Shown: piece by piece, positions 53,712 through 64,000 of the stretch
Numbering within the stretch: position 1 is the stretch's first letter
Layout of the letters: every line of letters starts with the position of its first letter
NCBI GenBank assembly: GCA_039028615.1
Contig: JBCCHT010000014.1
Span: 160,001-224,000 of the forward strand
DNA length: 64,000 nucleotides
DNA from: Myxococcota bacterium
Lineage (GTDB): Bacteria > Myxococcota_A > Polyangia > Nannocystales > Nannocystaceae
Direction of reading: 5' to 3'
Notes under the pieces: generated by a model
What the model was told of the DNA's origin: nothing
Databases searched by the model: none
Seen by the model: the letters and a program-made list of their open reading frames with translations, nothing else
Position numbers and translations under genes: made by a program

Positions 53712-54212
53712 ATGACGCCCCATGCCGGCTACCAGCCCTCGCGCTCGCCCCTGCTCGCCGCCCAACGGCGCATCGGCCAGTGGAGCGTGGGCCGAAAGCT
53801 CATCTCGCGAGTCGTGTGCCACAAGGCGCCGTACTTCAGCAGCATCGCGCCCACGTTCACCGTGCTCGAGCCGGGCCACGTCGAAGCCACCATTCGCAAC
53901 CGACGCCGCGTGCAGAACCACATCGGCTCGGTCCACGCGATCGCCATGTGCAACCTCGCCGAGTTCGTCGGCGGCACCACCATGGAGCTGTCGCTCGATG
54001 CCCGCCTGCGGTGGATCCCGGTGGGCATGCAGGTGAAGTATCAGTCGATCGCCCGCTCCGATCTGCGAGCCGTGTGCAAGCTGCCGCGGTACGACTGGGA
54101 CGAGCCGCAGGACGTCGTCGCCCCGGTGGTGGTACTCGACGACGAGGGTACCGAGGTCTTCGTGGCCGACATCGACATGCGCATCTCGCTGCGGAAGCGG
54201 AAGAGCGCTTGA
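53712..54212 (+). CDS. Hotdog-fold thioesterase-like protein (DUF4442-like)
   Basis: KAPYFSSIAP, VQNHIGSVHAIAMCNLAE, RWIPVGMQVKY. Confidence 0.85.
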   Translation: MTPHAGYQPSRSPLLAAQRRIGQWSVGRKLISRVVCHKAPYFSSIAPTFTVLEPGHVEATIRNRRRVQNHIGSVHAIAMCNLAEFVGGTTMELSLDARLRWIPVGMQVKYQSIARSDLRAVCKLPRYDWDEPQDVVAPVVVLDDEGTEVFVADIDMRISLRKRKSA

Positions 54213-54649
54213 GCAAGCGCGCCGGACCGCGGCTGTTCTTCTTGCTGAACCGGGCGCGGCAGTCGTTGTTCGGGCGGCTGAACCGAGAGACCACCGCGCG
54301 ACTCGACGTGACCGTGTCGCAGCTGTCGGCCCTGTTCGCGCTGGGCTCGGGGGCGATGCCCACCGGAGCGCTGGCGCGACGGCTCGAGCTGGACGCGGGC
54401 GCCACGACCCGCGCGGTGGCGAGGCTGACCGCCAAGGGCCTGGTCGAGTCCCGGCCCGATCCCTCCGACGGCCGCCGTCGCGTGGTGCAGCTGACCGAAG
54501 CGGGGGCGAAGCGCCGAGAGCAAGGCGTCCACGAGCTGACGCGGGCGAATGCCCTGCTCCACGAGGGCTTCTCCGAGGCCGAGATCGAGGTCGTGGCGCG
54601 CTTTTTGGAGCACGTCGCGACGCTCGGCCAGTCGGACGACGACGACTAG
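54209..54649 (+). CDS. MarR-family transcriptional regulator
   Basis: TTG start overlaps the upstream stop; LARRLELDAGATTRAVARLTAKGLVESRPDPSDGRRRVVQLTEAG. Confidence 0.9.
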   Translation: MSKRAGPRLFFLLNRARQSLFGRLNRETTARLDVTVSQLSALFALGSGAMPTGALARRLELDAGATTRAVARLTAKGLVESRPDPSDGRRRVVQLTEAGAKRREQGVHELTRANALLHEGFSEAEIEVVARFLEHVATLGQSDDDD

Positions 54650-56895
54650 CGCCAGCGGGTGAGCACCAGGTCGGTGCCCACCGTATGCGCCACGTGGTCG
54701 GGCCCCACCGCCGCCACCGGACCCGCGCCGCCCGACCACAGCACCGCGCCCGTGTAGATGTCGTAGATCGCGGGAGGATCGGGCAGCAGCACCTCGGTGC
54801 TCGAGATCCGCTGGAAGTTCGCCGGGTCGGGCATGGGTGATGCGGCGACCACCAGCCCCGCCGTGTCGACGATGTCGACGCCGGCCAACAAGTCGCACTG
54901 GCCCGGGCTCCACGTGGTGATGGGGCACGCGGGGTCCTCCTCGTAGTGCGCCACCAGCATGGTGTTGTCGTCCACGAAGCCCCAGGTCACCCCATCGAAG
55001 ATGCCGAGCAGGCCGCTGCCGTCGTGGATGTAGCTCAGCGCCCCTTCGAAGGTCGCGCCGAACCCATGGCTCGAGTCTCCGCGTACCGCCAGCGTGCCGT
55101 TGGGCGCCACCGCGGGCGTGGGTGTCCAGTTCCCGCCCGACCAGGTATCCCAGCCGGGATGCACGTAGACGAGGCTGTTGTGGGCGGCCGTGTTGAATGA
55201 GGACACGCCGATGATCCCCGCGGTGTCGGAGACGTGCAGGCCGACGGGTGAGCTCGTGCTCAAGCCATAGACCGCGCTGTCGAAGATGGTCCAGGTCGCC
55301 ACGTCGTAGAGGTTGATCGCCAGCTGCGGCGTGTTGCCCACCGACACCAGCGTCTGACCATCGCCCGAGAACGCGGCGGGTCGACGGGCGCGTTCGAAGC
55401 TGCCCAGGCCGGACAGCTCGCAGGCGGGCGTGACCTCCCACGCGGTGGTGATGCCGATGGACGACGACGCGGCGATGCGCCCGGAGACGGAGCCGAAGAT
55501 TTCCTCGACCAGCCCCGCCGCGAGCCGGTCGCCGTCGTCGTCGTAGACCTCGCCTTCGTTGCCCGCCAGCAGCCAGCGATCGTCGGCCCACCCGAAGGAG
55601 TAGTTCCCGAAATCGTCCACGCAGCACTCGGCCAACACCAGCTGAGTCGTGAGCGCCGGGTCGTCCAGGCGCACGATTTCGGCCTGGTCTCCCGAGCCGT
55701 TGCCGATCATCGCCGGGCCCGAGATCTGGATGTCGGACATCGCCAAAAGTGGCGTGTCGACGGCAGTGACGTCCACGATCTCGGCGCCGGAGAACCCCGG
55801 TCCGTCCACCACCATGCGATCACCGTACCCATAGGCGGGCGTCCCCACGGCGAAGGCCAGCTGGGTGCCATCGGTGTCGTAGAGGCGATACGCGTCGCCT
55901 TGGGTCGTCCAGTGGCGGGCGACGTCGTGGAACCAGCCGCCGAAGGTGCCCTGGACCGAAGTCACCGTGGTGGCTTCGGTGACCGCGTCGATGTGCTCGA
56001 TGTCGGTGCCCAAGCCGGGCGCCCAGACGTGAAGGGCTCCAGCCAGCGGCAGCACGCTCGCGCCCGAATAGTCGCCCGACCGATCCCAGCGAAGGGTGCC
56101 GTCGAGCTCGTAGATCCGCACCGCGCTCCCGTCCGCGCTCCACAGATAGTCACCGTCGCGGGACAGGCCCCAGGTGCCCGTCCCGGCGGGAATCGTGGCC
56201 AGCTCGGCCACCGTGGCCGAATCCCGCACCGAGAGCACGAAGCCCTGCTGCACGACAAAGACATCGCCCGCGAGCTCGGCTGCCTCGACGCCGTCGAAGC
56301 GGGCCAGCAGCGCATCATCGACCACCCTCCACAGGATCGCCCGGCCGCCCTCGTCCAGCGCGAGCCGGGCGTCGGACGTGTGCCACAGCGTCGGCAGCCC
56401 ATCCAGGGGCGCCACGAGGATCTCGTCGCACCCGGTGGCACACATCGCTTCGCAGCCGGCATCGGGAGGCTCGGGGTCTCCTCCCGTGTCGGTCCCGGAC
56501 TCCTCGCCGCTCTCCGTCCCGGAGTCTTCCGTCGAAGAATCCGTGTCCATGTCCGAGGTGCTCGATCCGGTCTCCGTGCCCGTCGTCGAGGTGCTGGAGT
56601 CGGTCTCCGTGCCCCCCGAGCTGGTGCTGCTCGTGGTGCTCCCGGTCTCACCGACCGACAGTGCGTCATCGGTATCCCCGGCCGTATCCGCTTGGGGACC
56701 GCTCGTCCCGGGCCCCACCGTCGAGGTCATCGACAGCGAGTCCGAGCCCGATTCCATGGCCGGATCGGTATCTGCGGGCAGCGGGGGAAGGACGCAAGCG
56801 GACAGCGCGAGGGCACCGAGCACGGCGAGCAGGCGACGCGAGGGCTCGACCATGGCGATCACCCGCGCGCCCTGGATAGGACGAAACGTAGGCAT
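54646..56895 (-). CDS. Lipoprotein with Ser/Thr-rich linker and a probable beta-propeller domain
   Basis: AGGAG RBS before ATG 56895; LGALALSAC lipobox; about 110-aa S/T/G/D/E linker; repeated beta-strand units such as LSRDGDYLW and AFSGDGQTLV. Confidence 0.75.
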   Translation of the reverse strand: MPTFRPIQGARVIAMVEPSRRLLAVLGALALSACVLPPLPADTDPAMESGSDSLSMTSTVGPGTSGPQADTAGDTDDALSVGETGSTTSSTSSGGTETDSSTSTTGTETGSSTSDMDTDSSTEDSGTESGEESGTDTGGDPEPPDAGCEAMCATGCDEILVAPLDGLPTLWHTSDARLALDEGGRAILWRVVDDALLARFDGVEAAELAGDVFVVQQGFVLSVRDSATVAELATIPAGTGTWGLSRDGDYLWSADGSAVRIYELDGTLRWDRSGDYSGASVLPLAGALHVWAPGLGTDIEHIDAVTEATTVTSVQGTFGGWFHDVARHWTTQGDAYRLYDTDGTQLAFAVGTPAYGYGDRMVVDGPGFSGAEIVDVTAVDTPLLAMSDIQISGPAMIGNGSGDQAEIVRLDDPALTTQLVLAECCVDDFGNYSFGWADDRWLLAGNEGEVYDDDGDRLAAGLVEEIFGSVSGRIAASSSIGITTAWEVTPACELSGLGSFERARRPAAFSGDGQTLVSVGNTPQLAINLYDVATWTIFDSAVYGLSTSSPVGLHVSDTAGIIGVSSFNTAAHNSLVYVHPGWDTWSGGNWTPTPAVAPNGTLAVRGDSSHGFGATFEGALSYIHDGSGLLGIFDGVTWGFVDDNTMLVAHYEEDPACPITTWSPGQCDLLAGVDIVDTAGLVVAASPMPDPANFQRISSTEVLLPDPPAIYDIYTGAVLWSGGAGPVAAVGPDHVAHTVGTDLVLTRWR

Positions 56896-57081
56896 GGGGG
56901 ACTCCTGACCGCACACCGATCACATACGGGGCGCGCAGCTGACCGCTACAACGCGCAGCGCGGCCGCCGGTTGCCTCCACTGCCCCACCGAAGTTTTTCG
57001 GGACACCGAAAGTGCCACCGCCACGGTCGATTTTCGTCCCCGACCGGACATATCCCTGCGTCCCCCTCGGTTACCCCCTGC

Positions 57082-58167
57082 ATGTCCCCGTTGTCCCCGC
57101 TTCACGAGTGGGCGCCGCGCGGGTCGCAGGCCAGAACAACGCCGCTCGTATCGACGCTGACCCGAGACCCTACCGACTCCCGAGCCCTTCGATCGCTCTA
57201 CGACAACTACAACTACGCCGGCCAGGTCGATCGGGCCTGCAGCGTGGTCGAGATGTTGACCGTGCTGGGCAAGAACACACCGGGTCAGCACGTGTATCTC
57301 GGGCGCCATCGCCCCGCCGAGCCCCTGGCCGCCCGAGCCCCGCTCACCGAGGCGCTGCTGCGCGATCACGTGGCGCATCCCGACGAGGACCCCTACCTCA
57401 CCGCCATCATGTCGCTCGTCGCTCCCGCGTTGGCGGCATGGCGAGCCCCCATTCAGCCCCCCTGCCTCGACGAGCGCGATCGCATCGACCCGGCCACGCA
57501 TCAGAGCGATGCGGCGCGCATGGTCAAGTACGCGGCGCGGGTGCTGAACGTGATGACGCCCGACCTGTTCCTTCACCCCAAGGAGCGCGGTGACTTCAGC
57601 CTGCTCAACGTGACGCGAGCCGGTCGACTCCATCCTGCGCTGGTGCTCTACGATCGGCTGCTGGCTCGCGCCAACGAAGCCGAGCTGGCGTTCGGCGTGA
57701 GCCGAGCGATGGCCAAGCTGCTCGTGCCGCACTACGCCGTGGTCGCGCTCGATCACTCGCCCGGGGCCGTGCGCCAGGTGCTGCGGGCGCTGCTGCGGGC
57801 CGACGGCCATGTCGTCCACCACGGCGACGCCGATGCCCATCGCGAGATCGCAGCCGCGATCCACATCCGCATGCAGCCGGCCGCGCGCGAGTGCCTACGG
57901 CAGGTCGTGCGGCAGGTCGCCGAGCGAGGCCACGAGCTGGACGCCGAGACATGGGCCAACGCGGTCGAGTACACCGAGGCCCGGGTGGCGCTATTGCTCA
58001 GCGGAGACATCCGCATCGCCGCCAAGGGGCTCGCGGCCGAGCCCACCCCGCTGAGCGCCGCCTGTGATGTCACGGCCAAGGACCGCCTCCACGACCTGTT
58101 CCGCTACGCCTTGAGCGACGACTACTTCATCGTCCGCAAGGCGCTCGGCATCGACATCTCCGAGTAG
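57082..58167 (+). CDS. Hypothetical protein resembling the C-terminal domain of giant myxobacterial TPR proteins
   Basis: DPTDSRALRSLY, HPDED, ELAFGV, WANAVEYTEARVALLLSGDI, DLFRYALSDDYFIVRKALG. Start uncertain. Confidence 0.65.
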   Translation: MSPLSPLHEWAPRGSQARTTPLVSTLTRDPTDSRALRSLYDNYNYAGQVDRACSVVEMLTVLGKNTPGQHVYLGRHRPAEPLAARAPLTEALLRDHVAHPDEDPYLTAIMSLVAPALAAWRAPIQPPCLDERDRIDPATHQSDAARMVKYAARVLNVMTPDLFLHPKERGDFSLLNVTRAGRLHPALVLYDRLLARANEAELAFGVSRAMAKLLVPHYAVVALDHSPGAVRQVLRALLRADGHVVHHGDADAHREIAAAIHIRMQPAARECLRQVVRQVAERGHELDAETWANAVEYTEARVALLLSGDIRIAAKGLAAEPTPLSAACDVTAKDRLHDLFRYALSDDYFIVRKALGIDISE

Positions 58168-58178
58168 ACGATCCGCGC

Positions 58179-58219
58179 GCGGATCGAGGCTCCCACCTCG
58201 ATCCGCCGCGTTTTCTTTT
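58179..58219 (+). terminator. Rho-independent terminator
   Basis: Perfect 11-bp stem GCGGATCGAGG / CCTCGATCCGC with a 6-nt loop, then TTTTCTTTT. Lies between convergent genes. Confidence 0.8.
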
Positions 58220-58232
58220 CGAAGGCGCTCGC

Positions 58233-59608
58233 TCAGCTACCCGCGACGGTCATCTCGTCGACGCGGAAGCTGGGCGACGCGATGCTCGTCTTGAGCTCGA
58301 GGTCGTTGGCGACCTTGTCGATGCCCTTGAGCAGGTCGTCGAGGTTCCGGGACACGGTCACCTCGCCGACGGGCTGCGTCAGCTCGCCGTTTTCGATCAA
58401 GAAGCCCTCGGCCCCCCGGCTGAAGTTGCCCGTGGTGGGGTCGAAGCCGAAGCCCATCATCCGAGTGACATAAAGGCCCCGCTTGATGCCCTTGAGCAGG
58501 CCCTCGGGGGCGCCGCGGCCCGGCACGAGGTAGAAGTTGCTGCTGCTGGAGTGCGGCACGCCGCCTCCGCCGCTGCCGCTCCCAGTGGGCTTGAGGCCGA
58601 GCTTGCGCGCGCTGTAGGTGTCGAGCAAGTAGCTGCGGAGCTCGCCCCGCCGGACCACCGAGATCTTCTTCACCTTGCGGCCTTCGCCGTCGTAGGGGCG
58701 CGAGCCGGGAGCACGGGGCACCAGCGGATCGTCGACCAAGGTGACCTTGGTGCTGGCGATGGCGCTGCCCAGGCGTCCGGCGAGATAACTGCGCTGCCGG
58801 TAGACCGAGTCGCCCATGACACAGCTGGCCACGAGCCCCACGATGGCCCGCGCGGCGTTCTTGTCGAACACCACCGGGTACTTGCCGGTCTCGATCTTGC
58901 TCGCGCCGAGCTGGTCCACCGCCCGCTTGGCGGCTTCCTTGCCGATGGCCGAGGCGGACTCGAGGTCGGAGAAGAACCGCCCTCCCGTCCAGTGCACGCC
59001 CTTGCGCTTCTTACCGCCCTCGTCGTCGGCCACCGCCTGCACGACCAGCGACTGGTAGGTGCCGGCGTTGCGCCCCAAAAACCCGCCCGAGGTGGCCAGC
59101 ACGGAGCAACCGCTGCTGCGCGCGAAGCTGCCGCCCTCGGAAGTGGTGATGCGCTTGTCGGCCCGCAGCGCCGCTCGCTCGCCGGCCGTGGCCAGCTTGA
59201 TCGCCCGGGCCGCACCGATGCGGTCGGTCTTGCGATCGAAGAGATCGAGGTCGGGCCACTGCTTGACAAGCTCGCGCGGTAGCGGAGGCGCCGACAGCTC
59301 GTCGGGCTCGCTGACCTGGGCCATCTCGACGGCGCGCGCCAGGAAGGCCGACAGCGCGTCCTCGCGGAAGTCGGTGGTGGAGCTGGTGGCGACGCGGCCG
59401 TCCTGGACGACCCGCACGCTCAGGCCCGAGCTGCCCGCTTCCTTGACGAGCTCGACCTCGCCCTGGCGTACGGTGACCTCGAGCTCACGCCCGGTGCCCA
59501 CGGCGACCTCGGCGTGGTCGACCCCCAAGCTGCGCAGCTGCTCGAGCGAGCGCTCGGCGATGCCGCTGAGGCGGTCGAGGTTCTTTTCGATGGCGCGAGG
59601 TCGAGTCA

Positions 59609-59609
<1 letters not shown>
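58233..59609 (-). CDS. pmbA: TldE/PmbA-family protein
   Basis: DDPLVP...SRPYDGEG, YLLDTYSARKLG, SNFYL, TGNFSRGAEGFLIENGE, SPSFRVDEMTVAG; no HExxxH. TGATG-coupled to tldD. Confidence 0.92.
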
Positions 59610-61078
<1,469 letters not shown>

Positions 61079-61083
61079 TGGGC

Positions 61084-61341
61084 TCAGGCCTTGGCCTTCT
61101 TGCGGCTCGCGTAGCGCCGACGGAAGCGGTCGATACGACCCTCGGCATCGACCTCGCGGGCCTGACCGGTCCAGAAGGGATGGCTGTGCGCCGAGATTTC
61201 GAGCCGGATGACGGGGAGTTCCTCGCCTTCGACCTCTTTCTTCTCGTTGCTGCTCAGCGTGGAGAACGAGGTCCACTCGTCGCCCGTCGACGTGTCGAGG
61301 AACAGGACCTTGTGATACTCGGGATGGACGCCCATCTTCAT
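61084..61341 (-). CDS. rpmE2: 50S ribosomal protein L31 type B (Cys-free)
   Basis: MKMGVHPEYHKVLFLD...EISAHSHPFWTG...GRIDRFRRRY; no CxC/CxxC zinc ligands. Confidence 0.95.
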   Translation of the reverse strand: MKMGVHPEYHKVLFLDTSTGDEWTSFSTLSSNEKKEVEGEELPVIRLEISAHSHPFWTGQAREVDAEGRIDRFRRRYASRKKAKA

Positions 61342-61360
61342 GATTGCGGCCTCCTTCTCG

Positions 61361-61666
61361 TTACCAGCTGGACTTGGTCACGCCGGGCAGATCGCCACGC
61401 AGCGCGAGGTCGCGGAGCACGACGCGACACAGACCGAACTTGCGATAGACCGCCTTGCTACGACCGGTCAGCATGCAGCGACGGGTCTTGCGGGCGGGGC
61501 AGGAATTGCGCGGAAGCTTGCCCAGCGCGGCCATGACCTCGAACTTCTCGTCCGGGTCGACCTCGGGGTCCTTGAGCTTCTTGCGGAGCTCAGCGCGCTG
61601 GCTCGCGTATTTTTCGATGAGCTTGTCGCGCTTTTCGTCGCGCAGAATCTGAGAAAGCTTGGCCAT
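61361..61666 (-). CDS. rpsN: 30S ribosomal protein S14, long (about 100 aa) form without the full Zn ribbon
   Basis: MAKLS...LPRNS...RCMLTGR...YRKFGLCR...LPGVTKSSW. Confidence 0.95.
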   Translation of the reverse strand: MAKLSQILRDEKRDKLIEKYASQRAELRKKLKDPEVDPDEKFEVMAALGKLPRNSCPARKTRRCMLTGRSKAVYRKFGLCRVVLRDLALRGDLPGVTKSSW

Positions 61667-61750
61667 CTTCTGGACCTCTCGTTGCCTATCGAGGGCTTGG
61701 TACCTCGCGCGCGAAGAGTCCAAATGAGGACCGGCCTTCGCGGGAGCGGG

Positions 61751-61779
61751 AAGCTACATGGTTGCGCGGGTCCTCGCAA
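61751..61779 (-). promoter_or_regulatory. Putative sigma70 promoter for rpsN-rpmE2-tldD-pmbA
   Basis: Minus strand TTGCGA, 17-nt spacer ending TG, then TAGCTT, about 85 bp upstream of rpsN. Confidence 0.55.
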
Positions 61780-61812
61780 GGGCCCGCTGGGGTGGATTGC
61801 GCGAGTTGTTCA

Positions 61813-62670
61813 TCACGAACCGCGGGGCCCGCGGGGCCGCTTGGGACGCTTGGACGCGGTGCCCGCCAGCTGCCGCAAGCGCGCGACCTCGTCCTCGCGC
61901 AGAGCACGCCAATGCCCTTCTCGCAGCCCATCGGCGGTGACTTCGGCAAAAGCGACTCGAATCAGCTTGAGCACGGGATGCCCCACGGCATCGCCCATGC
62001 GCCGCACCTGGCGATACAGGCCCTGCATCAGGGTCAGCTGCGCCCAGGTGTTGGTCTGGGTCTCCTTGACCACCGAGATCTCGACCAGCGGCTGCGTCCG
62101 GGTGCCGTCCTCGAGGGTCACCCCCTGCAGCAGGGACTGGAGCGCCTCGTTGCCCAGCTGGCCCTGGAACTTCACGTGATAGGTCTTCGGGACCTTGTGG
62201 CGGGGGTGGGTGAGCTTGGCCGCGAGATCGCCGTCGTTGGTGAGCAGCAGCACGCCTCGGGTGTGATAGTCGAGGCGGCCCACGGGATACACGCGTTCCG
62301 CGATCCCCTGGACCAGGGAGACCACCGTGGGGCGCCCCCGCTCGTCCTGGTCGGGCTCGGCCGAGCACACCACCCCGTCGGGCTTGTTCATCACCAGGTA
62401 GACCGGGGACTCCATCTGGATGACCCGGCCGTCCACCGCCACCTGGTCGGCGACGGGATCGACGCGAACGCCCAGCTCGCTGACCACGCGCCCGTTGACC
62501 GTGACCCGGCCCGCGGTGATGAACGCCTCGCCGCCGCGGCGGGAGGAGACCCCCGCGCGCGCCAGGATCTTCTGCAGGCGGACCCCGGTGGGGGCCTCAC
62601 CCTCGGCCCGGGGCTCGGCGGAGTCCGGGCGCTTGGACCGGGAACGGGATCGGGGTCCTCGACCGCTCAT
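61813..62670 (-). CDS. rRNA pseudouridine synthase (RluB/RsuA family) with S4 domain
   Basis: RLQKILARAGVSSRR, NKPDG, YPVGRLDYHTRGVLLLTNDG, HPRHKVPKTYHV, RQVRRM. Confidence 0.93.
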   Translation of the reverse strand: MSGRGPRSRSRSKRPDSAEPRAEGEAPTGVRLQKILARAGVSSRRGGEAFITAGRVTVNGRVVSELGVRVDPVADQVAVDGRVIQMESPVYLVMNKPDGVVCSAEPDQDERGRPTVVSLVQGIAERVYPVGRLDYHTRGVLLLTNDGDLAAKLTHPRHKVPKTYHVKFQGQLGNEALQSLLQGVTLEDGTRTQPLVEISVVKETQTNTWAQLTLMQGLYRQVRRMGDAVGHPVLKLIRVAFAEVTADGLREGHWRALREDEVARLRQLAGTASKRPKRPRGPRGS

Positions 62671-64000
62671 GGGGTGTCCTCTTCGGCTTCCTCCGCAGGC
62701 GCCTCGGGCTCGGCGTCGGATGTCTCTGGTGCGGCCTGAGCCACCTCGTCGGACGCGACGTGCACGTCCTCGGGCGTCTCGTCCTGCCCGCTCGGCTCGG
62801 ATGCGGCCCGGGGCTGTGCCTCGGCCTCGCTGGCGTCCGCGCCGTGTTCGGCCGCCTCGGGGACGGCCTCATCGGAATCCACCTCTGCGGACTCGGTCTC
62901 GCTGGCGCCCGCCGCTTCCTCGGGCGGGTCCTCGTCGGCGGTCGCCTCGTCGTCCGCGATGGACTCCTGCTCGGGCTCGTCGCTGGAATCGGCCTGCGAG
63001 GTGTCGGCTTCAGCGGAGTCGGACTCCTGCGCCTCGTCTTGGGAGGTCCCGGAGTCGCCGCTCGACTCGGCCTGCGCCTCGTCCTGCGAGGCCTGGGACT
63101 CATCGCTCGAGTCGGACTGAGCCTCGTTCTGCGGCGGCTCGGCGCCCTCCGACGTCTCACCGCCGGGCTCGGCCTGGGCCGCATCCTCCGAGGCCTCCGA
63201 GGCCTCCGCATCACCGTCTGCCGCGGCCGACTCGTCGCCCGAGGCTGCAGCATCGCCCTCGGGTGTCTCCCCCGATTCGGCGCCTTCGCCCTCCTGGCCG
63301 TCGAAGCTCATGACTTCCTGCCCGAGCACCTCGGCCTCGACCTCCTCGGGGGCGTCGCCCAGCTCGTCGCGCAGGGTCGCGCGGCTCTCGTCGGTCAGCT
63401 CGCGGAACTCGTGCAGGTCCGGCATGTCCCGGAGGCTGCGCAGGTTGAAGAACTCGAGGAATTCGACGGTGGTGCCGTACAGATGCGGGCGCCCCGGCTC
63501 TTCCTTGCGTCCCACGATCCGGGCGAGGTCGCGCTCGAGCAGGACCCGCAGCACCGCGCCACAGTCGACGCCACGGACGTGGTCGATCTCGGCCTTGGTG
63601 ATGGGCTGGCGATACGCGATGACCGCCAAGGCCTCGAGCTGGGACCGGGACAGCCGCGCGGGCTTGCCCGCGAGCATCTTCTGAACCCAGCGGGCGTTGT
63701 TGGGGTTGGTGCGAAGACGGAAGCCGCCCGCGACCTGCCCCAGCACCACGCCACGCTGCTGGGTGTCGGCCTGGAGCTGCTTGAGGGCCAGCTGGACCTG
63801 CCGCACCGTGGGCTCCTTGAGCACGCGCCGGATGTCTCGCACCGTCAGCGGCCGGCTGGCGGCAAACAGCAGGCTCTCCACCACCGACACCAAGCGGGGC
63901 GACGCGCGACCGCGCACCCGGCTGATGTCGTCCTCGGGCGCCATCGGCAGCGTGTCGCTGAGCTCGACGCCATCGGCTCGGGCCTCGGACTCGGCCCCGG
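62667..64000 (-). CDS. scpB: SMC-Scp complex subunit ScpB with a long acidic tail (5' end may lie outside the window)
   Basis: VESLLFAA, VAGGFRLRT, LSRSQLEALAVIAYRQPITKAEIDHVRGVD, GRKEEPGRPHLYGTT..FL.FFNL. The frame stays open from ATG 63944 to the window edge. Confidence 0.93.
   Translation of the reverse strand, partial: GAESEARADGVELSDTLPMAPEDDISRVRGRASPRLVSVVESLLFAASRPLTVRDIRRVLKEPTVRQVQLALKQLQADTQQRGVVLGQVAGGFRLRTNPNNARWVQKMLAGKPARLSRSQLEALAVIAYRQPITKAEIDHVRGVDCGAVLRVLLERDLARIVGRKEEPGRPHLYGTTVEFLEFFNLRSLRDMPDLHEFRELTDESRATLRDELGDAPEEVEAEVLGQEVMSFDGQEGEGAESGETPEGDAAASGDESAAADGDAEASEASEDAAQAEPGGETSEGAEPPQNEAQSDSSDESQASQDEAQAESSGDSGTSQDEAQESDSAEADTSQADSSDEPEQESIADDEATADEDPPEEAAGASETESAEVDSDEAVPEAAEHGADASEAEAQPRAASEPSGQDETPEDVHVASDEVAQAAPETSDAEPEAPAEEAEEDTP

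Overview
A high-GC window that looks myxobacterial (Myxococcota, probably Nannocystaceae-like). This is an inference from the many Cys-rich lipoproteins with Ser/Thr/Gly linkers and the three-gene pfa1-2-3 PUFA synthase. The backbone is housekeeping: a DUF721/DciA gene, trpFBA, trpEGDC, glyA, a CysQ-like phosphatase, tldD/pmbA, rpmE2, rpsN, a pseudouridine synthase and scpB. The trp genes keep the canonical E-G-D-C-F-B-A order on the minus strand, but about 35.7 kb of accessory DNA separates trpC from trpF. That block holds two biosynthetic clusters transcribed head-to-head. (1) A four-gene RiPP operon (13385-20203, minus strand): a 197-aa precursor with two tandem nitrile-hydratase-like (NHLP) leaders and a Trp-initiated, 5-Cys, Ser/Thr-rich core; a 365-aa protein with features of an ABBA-fold prenyltransferase; a class II lanthipeptide synthetase (LanM, CCG-type cyclase); and an ABC exporter with no peptidase domain. 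This candidate prenylated lanthipeptide system is the most interesting thing in the window. (2) An apparently complete myxobacterial-type PUFA synthase (pfa1/pfa2 with 4 ACPs/pfa3 ending in an acyltransferase domain). The block also carries a secreted phospholipase D, an AraC regulator paired with a Coq4-like gene, a MYG1-like hydrolase and a large lipoprotein resembling the conditioned-medium-factor family. I saw no rRNA, tRNA, CRISPR array, transposase or integrase. All family assignments come from motif recognition by eye, not from database searches.
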